From the human T2T-CHM13v2.0 reference genome, Homo sapiens, in NCBI RefSeq assembly GCF_009914755.1, contig NC_060932.1: a stretch of DNA of 64,000 bases; one strand, given 5' to 3'. Position numbers and translations under genes: made by a program. How positions within the stretch are numbered: the first letter of the stretch is position 1; every line of letters begins with the position of its first letter. This document shows positions 29,501 through 44,140 of this stretch, piece by piece. Below the pieces are notes generated by a model. That model was not told where the DNA came from and ran no database searches. It saw nothing but the letters and a program-made list of their open reading frames with translations.

Positions 29501-31766
29501 GCATGTTCTGTTAAGAGTAGTGTTTTTGCCAGGAGGTAAGTGTATTTGTTTGCATTTCCAGTTAAATCCGTTACGTGCTTTAAATGAGGAACTAAAGTTT
29601 TCACATTGATTCTGTCTCTCTCTTTGGGCTGTTTCATTTTTGTTTTAATCAGGTGGGGAGTAAGGAGAAGGCTCCTGTTGAGTGGGACAAGGAGGGTTCT
29701 GGTGAAAACTTCATAGTACGGCTCTGAGAGATGTGAGTTATGGGTACTAATTTGCTTTAAGTGTCTGCCCAAGCAGGATTAATCTTTCTCTGCTGTTTAT
29801 TTTTTATTTTTTGCCTGACATTTTGTGTCTAAAGGGAAAGTTTCAGAAATGCTTCCAGGGATGATAATGGGAGTTTGATTCCTGGGCATCTGATTAAACT
29901 CCTATATTATTAATCAAAGTCTGGAGTGTTCTGGATTAGTTCTACTATTTCAGAGTGATACCTACCATCTTCTATAATCTCAATCCAAAATGGCTTGTTT
30001 GAAAGCTTTTCCCTTGGAAGCCACTGATGTGTTATTACTTTTATCAGCTAAAAATAAATTCTGTTTCTAGAGTTTGCTTGTTTATGTAAGTAGCTGAAGG
30101 TTTTCAAGCTGGAAATTAACTTTATTATAGAAGCGCTGATGATATAGTCATATAAATAGAATAGGATGTATAAAATGTGAACATTCTAGAAGATTTTCCT
30201 CTGATCTGCAAAATTCTGTGTCTGATAATTTTTTTCTTTTTCTATGTTCTATACTTATTTCAAAGACTCACTGGGTCATTTAAAGTGAGGCAGTTGGACT
30301 GAAGATAGTGTTGCATACAAACTGTCTTTCATGTCATCTTGGACTTACCCTACTTTGCACGATAGAGATGCCAAGGGCTGGCCTTATGAAGATGAGGCTA
30401 TTTTCACATTATGATTTGAGAGATGCTGAAAACACCTGTTACTGCTTTCCTTATACCCAAATTTATACACTTAGAGACTTATGCTTTTAAGTCTTGGAGA
30501 CTATTCATAATGAGTTCCTATTAAGATATGAACATCTAGGATGGAAAGCAGCTACCACCTGGAATCTTACCAGGGTTTTCTGCCAGTCAACTGAGAAGGC
30601 AGAGTACAATGACCCAGTGGAAGAAGGGTTAATTACTGCTGGGCCTTAGGGAAGAGCTGGGAGGAAGCTGGCTGCACCAAGGACTTTCCACAGCTGACTC
30701 TCCTTCTGCAATGACAGCAGCTCCTATTGTACAGGGCTGTAAAATTATTCAGAAAAGAGCAGGGATAATGCATACATTATGCCTGCTTTGAAATTGGTTG
30801 ACACTTTACTTCTGGGATTTTTTTTCCTCTTTACTAACTAGCATATACTCTATTCCACCTTTCTCTTCCCTTACCTGCTGATCACTACTCTTTTTAGGAA
30901 TAATTGAGGGGAAGAAATGTTGCCTGATTTCCCCGTTGATACGTAGCATAGCAGTTCCTTTTGGATATCTCATCTCCTTGTAAGATGGCAGGCCTGGTGG
31001 ATGCTTTTTAAATGTTTTCCTTTCCTCAGTCGAGCGGAAGAGAAATTGCTGTTATGCTAGATGCCGGAGCACTTGAAGCAAATCTGTTTCCAGGTTGAAT
31101 ATCAAAGCTAAGGAAATTTCCAGAGTAATATGTTTTTAATTTTTTGCTCCCTGATGCTAAGTACACCTAGCGGGTTTGCTGAGTACTGCACCTTCTCTGC
31201 CATCCAGCTGCTGGCAGGGACTAGAATAGTTCCAACTGCTTGGCCTGCCTACTGTGTGCAGGGCTGGTTTTGGCTGTGCCAGGCTCCAAGCTTTAAGACT
31301 ACAAAGGATACCACAGTTGCTGAAGGGCAGGAGCTCCTCTTATAGCTTATTATAGGGTGCAGCACTGCTACAACTCAGGCAAGAGCTTCCTGAAAAGTAA
31401 GTATCAGGGAGAACTATTTTGCGTCCATTTTCAAGATAGCCACGAAAAAATTGTCCACTTGTTTAGAAAGGTGCCATGATTTGTGCTTTGCGATACAATT
31501 TTTTAAATGGTTACTTTTCTTTAATTATTAAACACTGTAAGCAAGGATAAAACACAAATCAACCAATATTTGCAATACATGTGATGGACAAGTTAGTAAG
31601 AAAACAAGCAACATCCTAGTAGTAAAACGTCAAGAATAGGCAGTTTACAAAAAGAAGTACAAATGTCTAATATATTTTTATTAGATTAAAGATTTTATTA
31701 ATCTTTTATTATTAAAGATTCTAAATATCACTAATATTTAAAAAAATTAATTGGGATGCCATCCGG

Positions 31767-32084
31767 CTGAGGGGACCTCCAGCACCCCGGGTTCCTATGT
31801 AAGCAAACTGAACCCAACTCAGTAAATGGTCATATCCTAGGCCAATCAGAAATTACCAACTAACCCCTAACTAGGGACTTTACTAAATAAGGCCACTGCT
31901 CCTCTTCAATCAATCAAATATTTTCTTTACCTTGCTTCTGCATTCACCCCAAAAAAGCCTCTCCGGCCCCCACCCTTTCATTGGAACCCTGAACCACTTG
32001 CAGTGTTGTGTTGCCTGATTCATGAATTGTTGTTTGCTCTAATAAACTTTAACATTTTCACATGCTTTCGTTTCTGTTTTAACA
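31767..32084 (+). mobile_element. ERV1-class LTR fragment inserted in an old L1 relic (31540-32620)
   Basis: ccaatcagaa, tgattcatgaattgttgtttgctctaataaacttt...tttaaca 3' end. Confidence 0.55.
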
Positions 32085-32233
32085 CAACAAAGAAAGAAAT
32101 GGCCATAAAAGCATACATGTTTAAGCATGAAATTAGCAAAGATTTTTTAAAAACTCACAATACCCAGTGTCAGTGAGGAAATGAGAGAAGTGTCTTCTTA
32201 ATACTTCTCATATACCAATAGGAGTATTCATAA

Positions 32234-32538
<305 letters not shown>

Positions 32539-34173
32539 AAGGATAAGATTTTTAAAGGCTATTTGGCAATGTATTAGGACAAGTTATACATTGATATTTT
32601 TTGACATAATTTCCGACCTCCTAACTCATCTTAATATAAATGAACAAACAAAGGGGAATGATCTGAGATTATCAAGTACAGTATTATTTTCATGTGACTC
32701 TCAGTGGAGAGCTTACTCTGCCTCCCATTTCTTCTGATGTGTAGCTCACTAGATTCAGGGCTTAGTCCCAAAGTAAGCCCAACTTACTGTGCCGGTAACT
32801 GAAAAGACATTTTATTTATTCCTGACAGAATGATCATACATATTCTGAAGCTGGTGCACCTCCCTCCTCCAATTTTTTGAAAGAGCCACTTTTCATTTCC
32901 TGCAACCCAATTTAAATCGTTAGCATCTTGCACACGGCAGTTGTGATAATGGTCTCCAGATGAAGCCTCACCCAAATGGCAGCTTTTCCCAGGGCTCAAC
33001 ATGGCTGTAGGTCCTTATCTAGGACAGGTTGGGTTTCTCCCTCTCTGACTGGCACCAGGGGCTAGAGGTTGGATGGGTGTTGGGCTGCTGAGGAAACAGC
33101 CAGACTCCTGTTTTTTTTCCCTACCCTGCCATTGTTGCCAGAGCTTCCATTCCCTTTAGAAACATGTAACTGAGCATATTGGCCACATGGGAGACCCCAC
33201 GCGTGTGCCCTCATAGCAGCAGTGCTTTGATCTGTAATGATTAATGGTGTCTCCACGTGCAAATGTCATTAAATGGTCAGAGCAGTGAATGTGGGCATCA
33301 CATAGTTGTGTTGTGGACTTTTTTCAAGAGGCAGCATTTGGAATTAGAAACCTACTTACATACACTTTGCACTAATTTACATATAAACCTCAAACAACTC
33401 ACTCCAAGTGCTCTTCTCTGAATTAAGCTAATTAATGTGGCTAACCACGGTTGTAGTGAAACCCGGTATTAAGGACATTACACACATGAAATACTAAACA
33501 GATTTACAAAAACATAATCATGATAATGGCGAATGAGTTCAGGCCAAATGCAGGTGGCATTAGCTGCTCCATAGCTCTGATTCCTCAAGTTGGAGTGATA
33601 ATCTCAATTAACAAACTCTCCCAAACTGTGCCTGTTTAATAGTCAGTTGAGTTCAAAACAAGGAAAAGAAACTATTGACTGTCTTTCATTTAATAGCCAC
33701 TGTGTTAATGGTGCCATAGTTATTATTTCACATTTATTTTATTATCTAATGAGAAATCAATGTAGTGAAGTTGGTTAATGAAAAGAAGAAACACACAGAG
33801 AAGGTCACGTTGCAGATCACGTTAAGAGCGGCTCTTAGGGTTTTCAGGGTACAACATGCATAACTGATGCTAGAGCTTTGAATTTCCCCCCAGTGGGAAA
33901 TTTACCCTCTTCAGAGATCAGTGAGTAGAAGGAATATGTTCTCAGGCAATAAAATAATTATTAAAATTCATGCTAGTCTTTTTGGGTCACCTGAAAATAC
34001 TGATCTTAATAGGTCTTAAAATAACTAAATGATTAGCTTTTGTTTTTGTTGCAGTTAAATTACATACCCATTTATACTAGAGTCCAGTACAGGTTAGCGT
34101 TCATAAGTTCCTCTTTCCCTGGAAACTGTGGGAGAATAAATTGGGAAGAGAAAAATATTTTAATTTTAGCAGG

Positions 34174-34557
34174 TATATTAGTCTCCTTGGGCTGCCATAA
34201 CAAAATACCAGAGGCTGGGTGGCTTAAAGAATAGAAATGTATTTCTCACAGTTCTGGAGGCTGAAAGTTCCAGATCAATGTACCGCAGAGTAGGTTCCTG
34301 GTGAGCTGATGGCTGCCTTCTCACTATGTCTTCATGTGGCCTTTGCTCAGTGAATGGGAGGGGGACGGGGCGCAAGCAAGAGGTCCCTGATATCTCTTCT
34401 AATAAAGATACCAATCCTGTGGGATTGAGCACTAACCTTATGACCTCATTTAACTTTAATTACTCCCTTTGAAGCTCCATCTTTAAATACATCAACCCTG
34501 GGGGTTGGGGTTTCAACGTATGAATTTTGGGGAGACACAGACTTTCAGTCCATAACA
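34174..34557 (-). mobile_element. MLT1A-type solo LTR with TSD gcagg/gcaga
   Basis: tatattagtctccttgggctgccataacaaaatacc...tttctcacagttctggaggctg...cagtccataaca. Confidence 0.88.
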
Positions 34558-35117
34558 GCAGAAACTGCTCAGTCTCCCTCCCTCTCAGCCATCCAGTCCA
34601 GTGTGGGCACAGCTATTTGAGGACTGTTTAGGAAATAATAGTGTGGTCTTGCAGAGCAGTTCTGCTGCCCCATGAGTTTGGAGCATGAATGATATATTTG
34701 AAGTGTGTACTTCTGGTGTGTGGGGAGTGGTGGTGAAGGACAGAGGTCAGGAGCAAGGAAGTCACGCTGAAGTAACATGTGGGATGTTTCCAGTGAGATA
34801 AAGCATGGATTATTTGACAAACTAAAAAAGTAGTTCAGTTGGGGAGAGGTATATGTGGTGATGTGAAAGTGCTGCAGAATGAAGCTGGACAGGAAAAATG
34901 GGTGATATAAAGGAAGAAGCATCCCTCTCTTTTTCAAAAATAATCAGGGGCCTTGAATCAGCCTCTTCATTGGCAATACCATGCCAAGAAAGATTAACAG
35001 CTTGAAATCAGGAGACCCAAGTTTTAACTGAGCTCTGTTCCCAAGAGTTCCCATATGACAATTTGCATTCTCTGCCTCCATTTCTTAGTCATACCTATGG
35101 CATATACTAAGTCTACC

Positions 35118-35407
35118 TTTTTCTTTTAAAAGACAGGGTGTCACTTTGTCACCTAGGCTGGAGTGCAGTGACCCGATCGTAGTTCATTGCTGCCTGATCT
35201 CCTGGGCTCAAGTGATCCATCTGCCTCAGCCTCCTGGGTAGCTAGGACTATAGGCATGCACCACCAAGCCTGGCTAATTAAAAAAAATTTTTTTTTTTTA
35301 GAGATGCGGTCTTGCTATGTTGTCCAGGCTCATCTCAAACACCTGGTCTCAAGCAATCCTCCTGCCTCAGCCTCCCAAAGCACTGGTGTGAGCCACTCCA
35401 CCTGGCT
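35118..35407 (-). mobile_element. AluJ
   Basis: agacagggtgtcactttgtcacctaggctggagtgcag...gagccactccacctggc. Confidence 0.9.
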
Positions 35408-35997
35408 GGCTTTCACAATATTACGGAATCCTTTTGTAGTAAGAACAACTTCTGAATCATTGCCCTGGTGTCTTTTGCTATTGTAGTCTTAGGGTCTAGA
35501 ACCGTCTGCTGTGAACCTGTCAATAATGGGGAAGTTTACTTATTGCAAATGAGTTCAGTTCTGTGGTAAAGAATTCTTTTTTTTCTCCCACTACTCCTCC
35601 AAGGACATGACCTAATAAATCTTTACCAGCCAAATTTTACTGTGAAGGGCAGCCATGGTAAAATTCACCACTCTTGGCCTTAGGCAGAGAGAGAGAGCCC
35701 TAGCTAAGAAGTCAAAGTGAGGGAAAGTCTCTAGTGCTGCTCTCCAGACTCCAAGGTCAGAACATACCTTTCCAAAATGGTCCCGTTCTATGTTGTGGGA
35801 AAGTTCTGTGGTAATAGAGTGCTGTGTTTCCATTACATGACAGCCTGATCTCTTTATTTGGCCTAAACTGAATTTCCAAATCCAATACTCTGATGAACGT
35901 TGTCTGTATATAAAATGTATGGCTGTTAACAACCCATAAATAAGTTGATAGAAGGTAATTTTTTACACTTTAGGGTACATTACCTAGGGCAATATTA

Positions 35998-36232
35998 ATT
36001 TTTTATTTTTAAAGTTAAAAAAATTGTGGGTACATAGTAGGTGTATGTATTTACGGGGTAGATGAGATGTTTTGATACAGGCATGAGATATAAAATAAGC
36101 ACATCATGGAGAATGGGGTATCTATCCCCTCAAGCATTTATCCTTTAAGTTACAAACAATCCAATTATACTCTTTAAATTATTTAAAAGTGTATAATTAA
36201 GTTACTATAGTCACCCTGTTGTGCTATCAAAC
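35998..36232 (-). mobile_element. L1MA 3' end fragment
   Basis: ttgtgggtacatagtaggtgtatgtatttacggggtagatgagatgttttgatacaggcatg. Confidence 0.85.
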
Positions 36233-36666
36233 ACTTTTATAGAGTTACTATAGCATATTGATTTTTAAAATAAGTAATGTGCCCTATCTTAGCTCAATTT
36301 CTGCCAACATCAGAGTGATAGTTCAAAATTATGAATATGAGTGAAGTCTAGAATGAACTCACTAGTGTCTCTGATTGACTCTGCCCGTTGCCCTGCCATG
36401 GTTGGGGTGCCATTATATCCTCTGCTCTACTAAATCTTACTCACCCACTAGGTTCTCAATTTTTTACTTCTGTGATTTCCCCTTCTTTGTACATCTTTTG
36501 GGCCTACTTGATTAGGCACTCTCTTGTCCCACTGAATTCTTTTTCAGTTAATCCTGAATTAGGTTTTAGGTCCCATGAGGGAAGGAGATGTAGCTCATGC
36601 TGTATCTGTACTGGCACCACCATTTGGCTCATTTTTATGTGTCCAAATAAGAGGCTGTTTCTCCTA

Positions 36667-36822
36667 CTGTCTCCCAGGTTCAAGCAATTCTCCTGCTAAT
36701 TTCTGTATTTTTGAGTTTTACCTTGTTGGCTGGGCTGGTCATGAACTCCTGATCTCAAGTAATTCGCCTGACTTGGCTTCCCAAAGTGCTGGGATTATAG
36801 GCAAGAGGCACTGCGTCTGGCC
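36667..36822 (-). mobile_element. Tail-less, internally deleted Alu
   Basis: ctcccaggttcaagcaattctcctg|ctaattt...cccaaagtgctgggattatagg...ctggcc. Confidence 0.85.
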
Positions 36823-38020
36823 AACAAATTTAAACAAATAGTAAGCATACAAAATATGCTCTCAGATCTCAATGAAATTGAAGTAGATAAAAAAAAAACA
36901 GAAAGAGAGCTGGAAAATCTTCAGATACTTGATATTAAACATCACAGTCATAAATAACACATGGATCAAAGAAGTATCAAGAGGAATTAAAAATTATCTT
37001 TAACTAGATGAAAATGAAAGTACATAGCACTAAAAGCATATATTAGAAAAGAAAAAACCTAAAATCAATAATCTAGCCTTCTACCTCAAGAAACTAGAGA
37101 AAGAAGAGCAAGTTAAAATCAAAATAAACAGAAGAAAAGAAATAATAAAAATTAGAGCAGTCATCAGTAAAATTGAAAATAGGAAATTAAAAATCAAGGA
37201 AAGAAAAGTTGACTCTTTGAAAATATTAATAAAATTGATAAACTTCTAATCAGGATAATTAAAAAAAGAGAAAAGACACAAATACCGAGGTCAGAAATGA
37301 AAGAGAAACTATTACTGCTAATCCTATGGATGTTAAAAGGATAAAAAAAATGGATACCTATCTGAAATCGATCAATTATTAGAACAACATAACCTACCAA
37401 AACTCACATAAGAAGAAATAGATAACCTGAATAGACCCGTATCTATGAAAGAAATCAAATTAATACCCTTCCCAAATAAAAAACACAAGCCCCACTTGGG
37501 TTCATTGGTGAATTTTACTGGACATTTCAGGAAGAAATTATCTGAATTCTCAACAATCTCTGCCAGAAAACAAAAGCTAAGAGTAAACACTTTCTAACTC
37601 ATTCAATGAGGGGAGCATTACACCAGTACCAAAATTAGGCAGAGATGATACCATAAAAAATTACAGACCAATGCCTTTCATGAACATAGATACAAAAATC
37701 GTCAACAAAATATTATTACAGCAAAGTAAATCCAACAATGTATAAAAAGACTTATACCCTATGACCAGTTGGGATTTATCTCAGGCCTACAAGGCTGGAT
37801 CATTATTCAAAAATCAATTAATGTAATCCATAACATCAACAGGCTGAAGAAAATCACACAATCACATCAATAGATGCAAAAAAAGCATTTGACGAAATCC
37901 AACTCTGATTTATGATAAAAAAAAAAGCTTTCATCAAACTAGAAATAAAAGGAAAATTTCCTCAATTTAATAAAGAACATCTACAAAAAGTCTTCAGCTA
38001 ACATCACACTTAATGGTGGG
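36823..38020 (+). mobile_element. L1M ORF2 relic (end of endonuclease domain into RT)
   Basis: ctctcagatctcaatgaaattg; ttacagaccaatgcctttcatgaacatagatacaaaaatc; tcaatagatgcaaaaaaagcatttgac. Confidence 0.88.
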
Positions 38021-38412
38021 AAAATAGGTACTTAGAGAATACGTAAATAGTCATGTACAGAATGTTGGCAGAAATATGCATGTTAAGGGTGATTCTAATG
38101 AGGTCTTACATGGAACTCATTAATCAATGAAGAACATATTATTGGATAATGGAGAAAAGATGACTCTTGTTATAAAGTGACAAACATTTCGTTAAATTGT
38201 CTTCATGTTCTAGTGTTTTGAGGAAAGTAGAATTTTTTAGTGATGAAATCAGATATTTAGCTAAGGAAATTTATAAGAAGGTGTTGCAAGAGTGGCTTGG
38301 TTTCTCCTGACTACTTATAGTAAAATGTGAGAAAAGATAAATGAATTGAAGACAAAATTGCTAAAGCAAAGGAAGCAGAACTTAAAAATTACACACATTT
38401 TCACCATGTTCA

Positions 38413-38797
<385 letters not shown>

Positions 38798-38986
38798 TCA
38801 TTTGATACAATTAGCATATCCGTGAACCATGAACTTAATCAGCCATTTCAACAGAAGTCAGAAATAGAGATGGAAGTATGCCAGCACAAAGACTGTCAGC
38901 TGGGACTAAAGGAAAGAGAAAAATGGGATGGAATGAAGGAAGGATGTGAATGTGAACTACCCTTAAAGGACAGATAAGAAGAACCC

Positions 38987-41440
38987 TGACAACTTGAGTA
39001 AAGTTTCAGGATTCAAAATTAATGCACAAAAATCAGTTGCATTTTTATATACCAACAACCCTCAAGCTAACAATGAAATCAAGAACTCAACCCCATTTAC
39101 AATCGTCACACACACAAATAAAAAACCCTAGTTAAATACATTTAACTAAGAAGGTGAAATAGCTCTACAAGGAGAACTACAAAATATTGATGTAGACGAC
39201 ACAAATGAATGGAAAAACATACCATGCTCATGGATAGGAAGAATTAATATAATTAAAATGACTATACTTCCCAAAGCAATCTACAACTTCAAAGAAAATT
39301 CTATCAAATTACCAACATCATTTTCCACAGAATTAGAAAAACCATTCTAAAATTTACATGGAACAAAAAGAGAGCCAGGACAGACAGAGCAATCCTAAGC
39401 ACAAATAACAAAGCCAGAGGTGTCACATTACCCAACTACAAACTAAGAGTCAGAACGGACAGAGCAATCCTAAGCACAAAAAACGAAGCCAAAGGCATCA
39501 CATTACCCAACTTCAAACTACACTTCAAGGCTATAGTAACCCAAATAGCATGGTACAAAAACAGACACATAGATCAATGGAACAGAGTAGAGAACTCAGA
39601 AATAAAACCACAGCCCTACAACCAACTGATCTTCAACAAAATGAAAAGAAATAAACAGTGGGGGAAAGGACACCATATTCAATGAATGGTGCTGGGAAAA
39701 CTGGCTAGCTATACACAGAAGAATGAAACTGTACCCCTTACTTTCACCATATAAAAAATTAACTCAATATGGATTGAAGCCTTAACTGTAAGACCAGAAA
39801 TTATAAAAATCCTAGAAGAAAACCTGGGAGAAATCTCCAGACATTGGCCTAGATAAAAAATTTGTGATTAACACCTCAAAAGCAATAGTAACAAAACAAA
39901 AAATAGACAAATGAGACTTAATTAAACTAAAGTGTTTCTGCATAGCAAAAAGAACAACCAAGAAGGGTAAACAGACAACCTACAGAATAGGAGAGAATAT
40001 ATGCAAACTATGCATCTGACAAATGACTAATACCCAGAATCTATAAGAAACTTAAATAAATCAACAGGGAATAAAACCAAATAACCCCATTAAAAAATGG
40101 GCAAAGGACATGAACAGACACTTATTAAAACAAGACATACAAGCAGCCAACAAATATTAAAAAAATGCTCAAAATCACTAATCATCAGAGAAATGCAAAT
40201 TAAAACCACGTTGAGATACCATCTCACACTAGTCAGAATGGCTTTTATTAAAAAGTCAAAAACAACAGATGGTAGCAAGGCTGCACAGAAAAAGGAACAC
40301 TTATATACTGTTGGTGGGAATGTAAATTAGTTCAACCACTGTGGAAAACTGTTTGGGGATTTTTCAAAGAACTAAAAATAGAACTGCCATTCAATCCAGC
40401 AATCCCACTACTGGGTATCTACCCAAAGGAAAAGAAATAATTTTATCAAAAGACATTGGCACTCATGTGTTTATTGCAGCACTATTCACAATAGCGAAGT
40501 CATGGAATCAATCCAGGTGCCCATCCATGGTGGACTGGATAAAGAAAATGAGTTAGGTATACACTGTAAACTAAAAAGTATCTGAGACAGGTCTCGATCA
40601 AGTTAGAGGTTTATTTAGCCAAAGTTAAGGACATACCCCACCCCCCCAAAAAAGGAGCACAAAACGAAAAGACCAGTCTGTGGTCCATGCCTTTTTCCAA
40701 AGATGATTTGAGAGCTTTAGTATTTCAAGAGGAAAATCAGGGTAGAGAGGAAAGAGGAGGGTAGATTCACATTACTGAATCTACATGTTGTGAGAGAAAA
40801 GAAGGTAGGGGGGTAGTCAATTATGTATTCATCTCCTGCTCAGTAGATTGGCACTTTACATAAGGTAAAGTGAACATATCTGTATCTGGCCTTTTACCTG
40901 TAGGTATCTGCCTAGGTATAAGCAGGTATCTGGCCTTTAATAAAATGCATCTGGCCTTTTATCTGCAATTATCTGCTTAGGAACAAAAGGAAAGGCAGTC
41001 TCTTGCATGATTCAGCTTTCAGCTTAATTTTTTTCTGTAGGCATAGTAAATTGGGGTCCTGAGACTTTATTTTCTTTTCATTACACCATGGAATACTATG
41101 CAGCAACAAAAAAGTATGAAATCATGTCCTCTGCAGCAACATGAATGCAGCTGGAAGCCATTATGCTAAGCAAACTAACACAGAAACAGAAAACCGAACA
41201 CTGCATGTTCTCACTTATAAGTGGGAGCTAAACATTAGGTATACATGGTCATAAAAACAGGAACAACAGACACTGGGGAATACAAGAAGGAGGAAGGATG
41301 GAGGAGGATATAGGTTGAAAGAAACTATCAGGTACTATGCTCACAACATAGGTGATGGATACATTCATACTCCAAACCTCAACATACCTATGTTTATTAC
41401 ATAGGTAATAAAATTCTAAAATAAAAGTTGAAAAAAGTTA
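38987..41440 (+). mobile_element. 5'-truncated L1 (old L1PA/L1PB class) ORF2 3' half and 3' UTR
   Basis: tggaaaaacataccatgctcatggataggaagaat; atcagagaaatgcaaattaaaaccac; gcatgttctcacttataagtgggagctaaac. Confidence 0.92.
40565..41082 (-). mobile_element. MER4-group solo LTR inside the L1, 4-bp TSD acac
   Basis: tgtaaactaaaaagtatctgagacaggtctc...ggggtcctgagactttattttcttttca; acac at 40561-40564 and 41083-41086. Confidence 0.85.
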
Positions 41441-41449
41441 TATAAAGAA

Positions 41450-41790
41450 AGGAAGAGATAATATCATTCACAGCAACACAAATGAAGCTGGAGGCCATTA
41501 TTCTAAATGAAATGACTCAGAAACTGAAAATCAAATACTGCATGTTCTTACTTATAAGTGGGAGCTAAACAATGATTACATATGGTAATAAAGACAGAAA
41601 TAATGGACACTGGAGCCTCCAAAAAGGGGGAAGGATGGGAGAATGGCAAGTGTTGAAAAACTACCTATTGGGTATTATTTTCACTATTTGGGTAATGCGT
41701 TCATTAGAAGTCCAAATCCCAGCATTCTGCAATATACCTATGTAACAAACTTGCATATGTACTCCTTGAATCTATAGTTTTTTTAAAAAA
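41450..41790 (+). mobile_element. Second L1PB-type 3' UTR in tandem
   Basis: gctggaggccattattctaaatgaa...gcatgttcttacttataagtgggagctaaac...gtaacaaacttgcatatgtactccttgaatcta. Confidence 0.85.
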
Positions 41791-42419
41791 AGAACCCCCA
41801 AGGTGATTCAGGGGTCAATAGGGCTGCCACTCCCACCACAAGTCCAGAATGCATGGATCTATGGAAAAAGGCTGTATCCACCTTGGTTTCCAAGAGTGGG
41901 ACCACGACCTAAGAGAGTCATGAGGGCACCTGACAGAGCCATGGGGTGTGACTGCAGTCCCAGTGGGTCTTTGGGGGCAGGATCATTGTCCTAGTAGGCT
42001 TGGAGGATAGAGTATTGAGCCAAAGAGAATTGTTCTTGAGTTCTAAGATCTTATGGGATTTGCCTTGGTAGGTTTTGGATTTGTTTGGGACCTGTCACTA
42101 CTTCCTTCTTTCATATTTTTCCCTTTTGAAATGAGAATGAGAATGGAATGTTTGTTCTATGCCTGTCTCATCACTGTATTTGGGAGGCACATGGTTGGTT
42201 TCACAGGTCCACAGCTGGAGAGGAATTTTGCAACAGGATGAATGTAGCTCGAGTATCACAAATCTCTGATTTAGATGATATTTACAATCGACTTTGCAAT
42301 TTAGAGTTGATGTTGAAATGAATTAAGACTTCTGGGGTTGTTGGGATGGAAAGAATGTATTAAAAAAAGAATATTTTAAAAGTGAGAAAGTCATGAATTT
42401 TGGGGGGCTAGAGGTGGAA

Positions 42420-42774
42420 TGTTATAGACTGAATGTTTGTGTCCTTCAAAAGTTCGTATGTTGAAGTCTGAACCCCACTGTGATGGTTTTAGGAGGTGAG
42501 GAGCCTTTGGCGGGGGTTCTTAGGTCATGAGGATGGAGCCGTCATGGATAGAGATTAGTGCCATTACAAGAAGAGACACAAGAGTATGCATTTTTTTTCT
42601 CTCTCTCTGCTATCTGCCAAAAGAAGACAGTTAACTGCAAACCAGGAAGCAGGCTCTCACTAGGCACTAGCTCTGCTGACTCCTTGATCTTGGACTTCCC
42701 AGTATCCAGAACTGTTAGAAATAAATGCTTATTGACGTAGTATGCTTATTATAGCAGTCCAAACTGACAAGACA
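42420..42774 (+). mobile_element. MLT1A-type 3' LTR
   Basis: tgttatagactgaatgtttgtgtcc...cttgatcttggacttcccagtatccagaactgttagaaataaatg...aaactgacaagaca. Confidence 0.88.
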
Positions 42775-43925
<1,151 letters not shown>

Positions 43926-44140
43926 AAGCATCCAAATGATGATTATCAAGAGTAGAATGAATAAATAAGGTGTAGTATGTTTATATAATAGAATACTGTG
44001 CAGCAATTAAAATGATCAAACAATATCTACATTAGTGTCATTGATGACTATCACAAACATAGTGTGTAAATAAAGCCAGGTGCAAAAGTATACTTACTAT
44101 ATAATTCCAATTATGTAAAATCCAGAAATCAGATGAAACA
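43926..44140 (+). mobile_element. Old L1ME-type 3' region (right part)
   Basis: ccaaatga...caagagtagaatgaataaataaggtgtagtatg...gaatactgtgcagcaattaaaatga. Confidence 0.7.
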
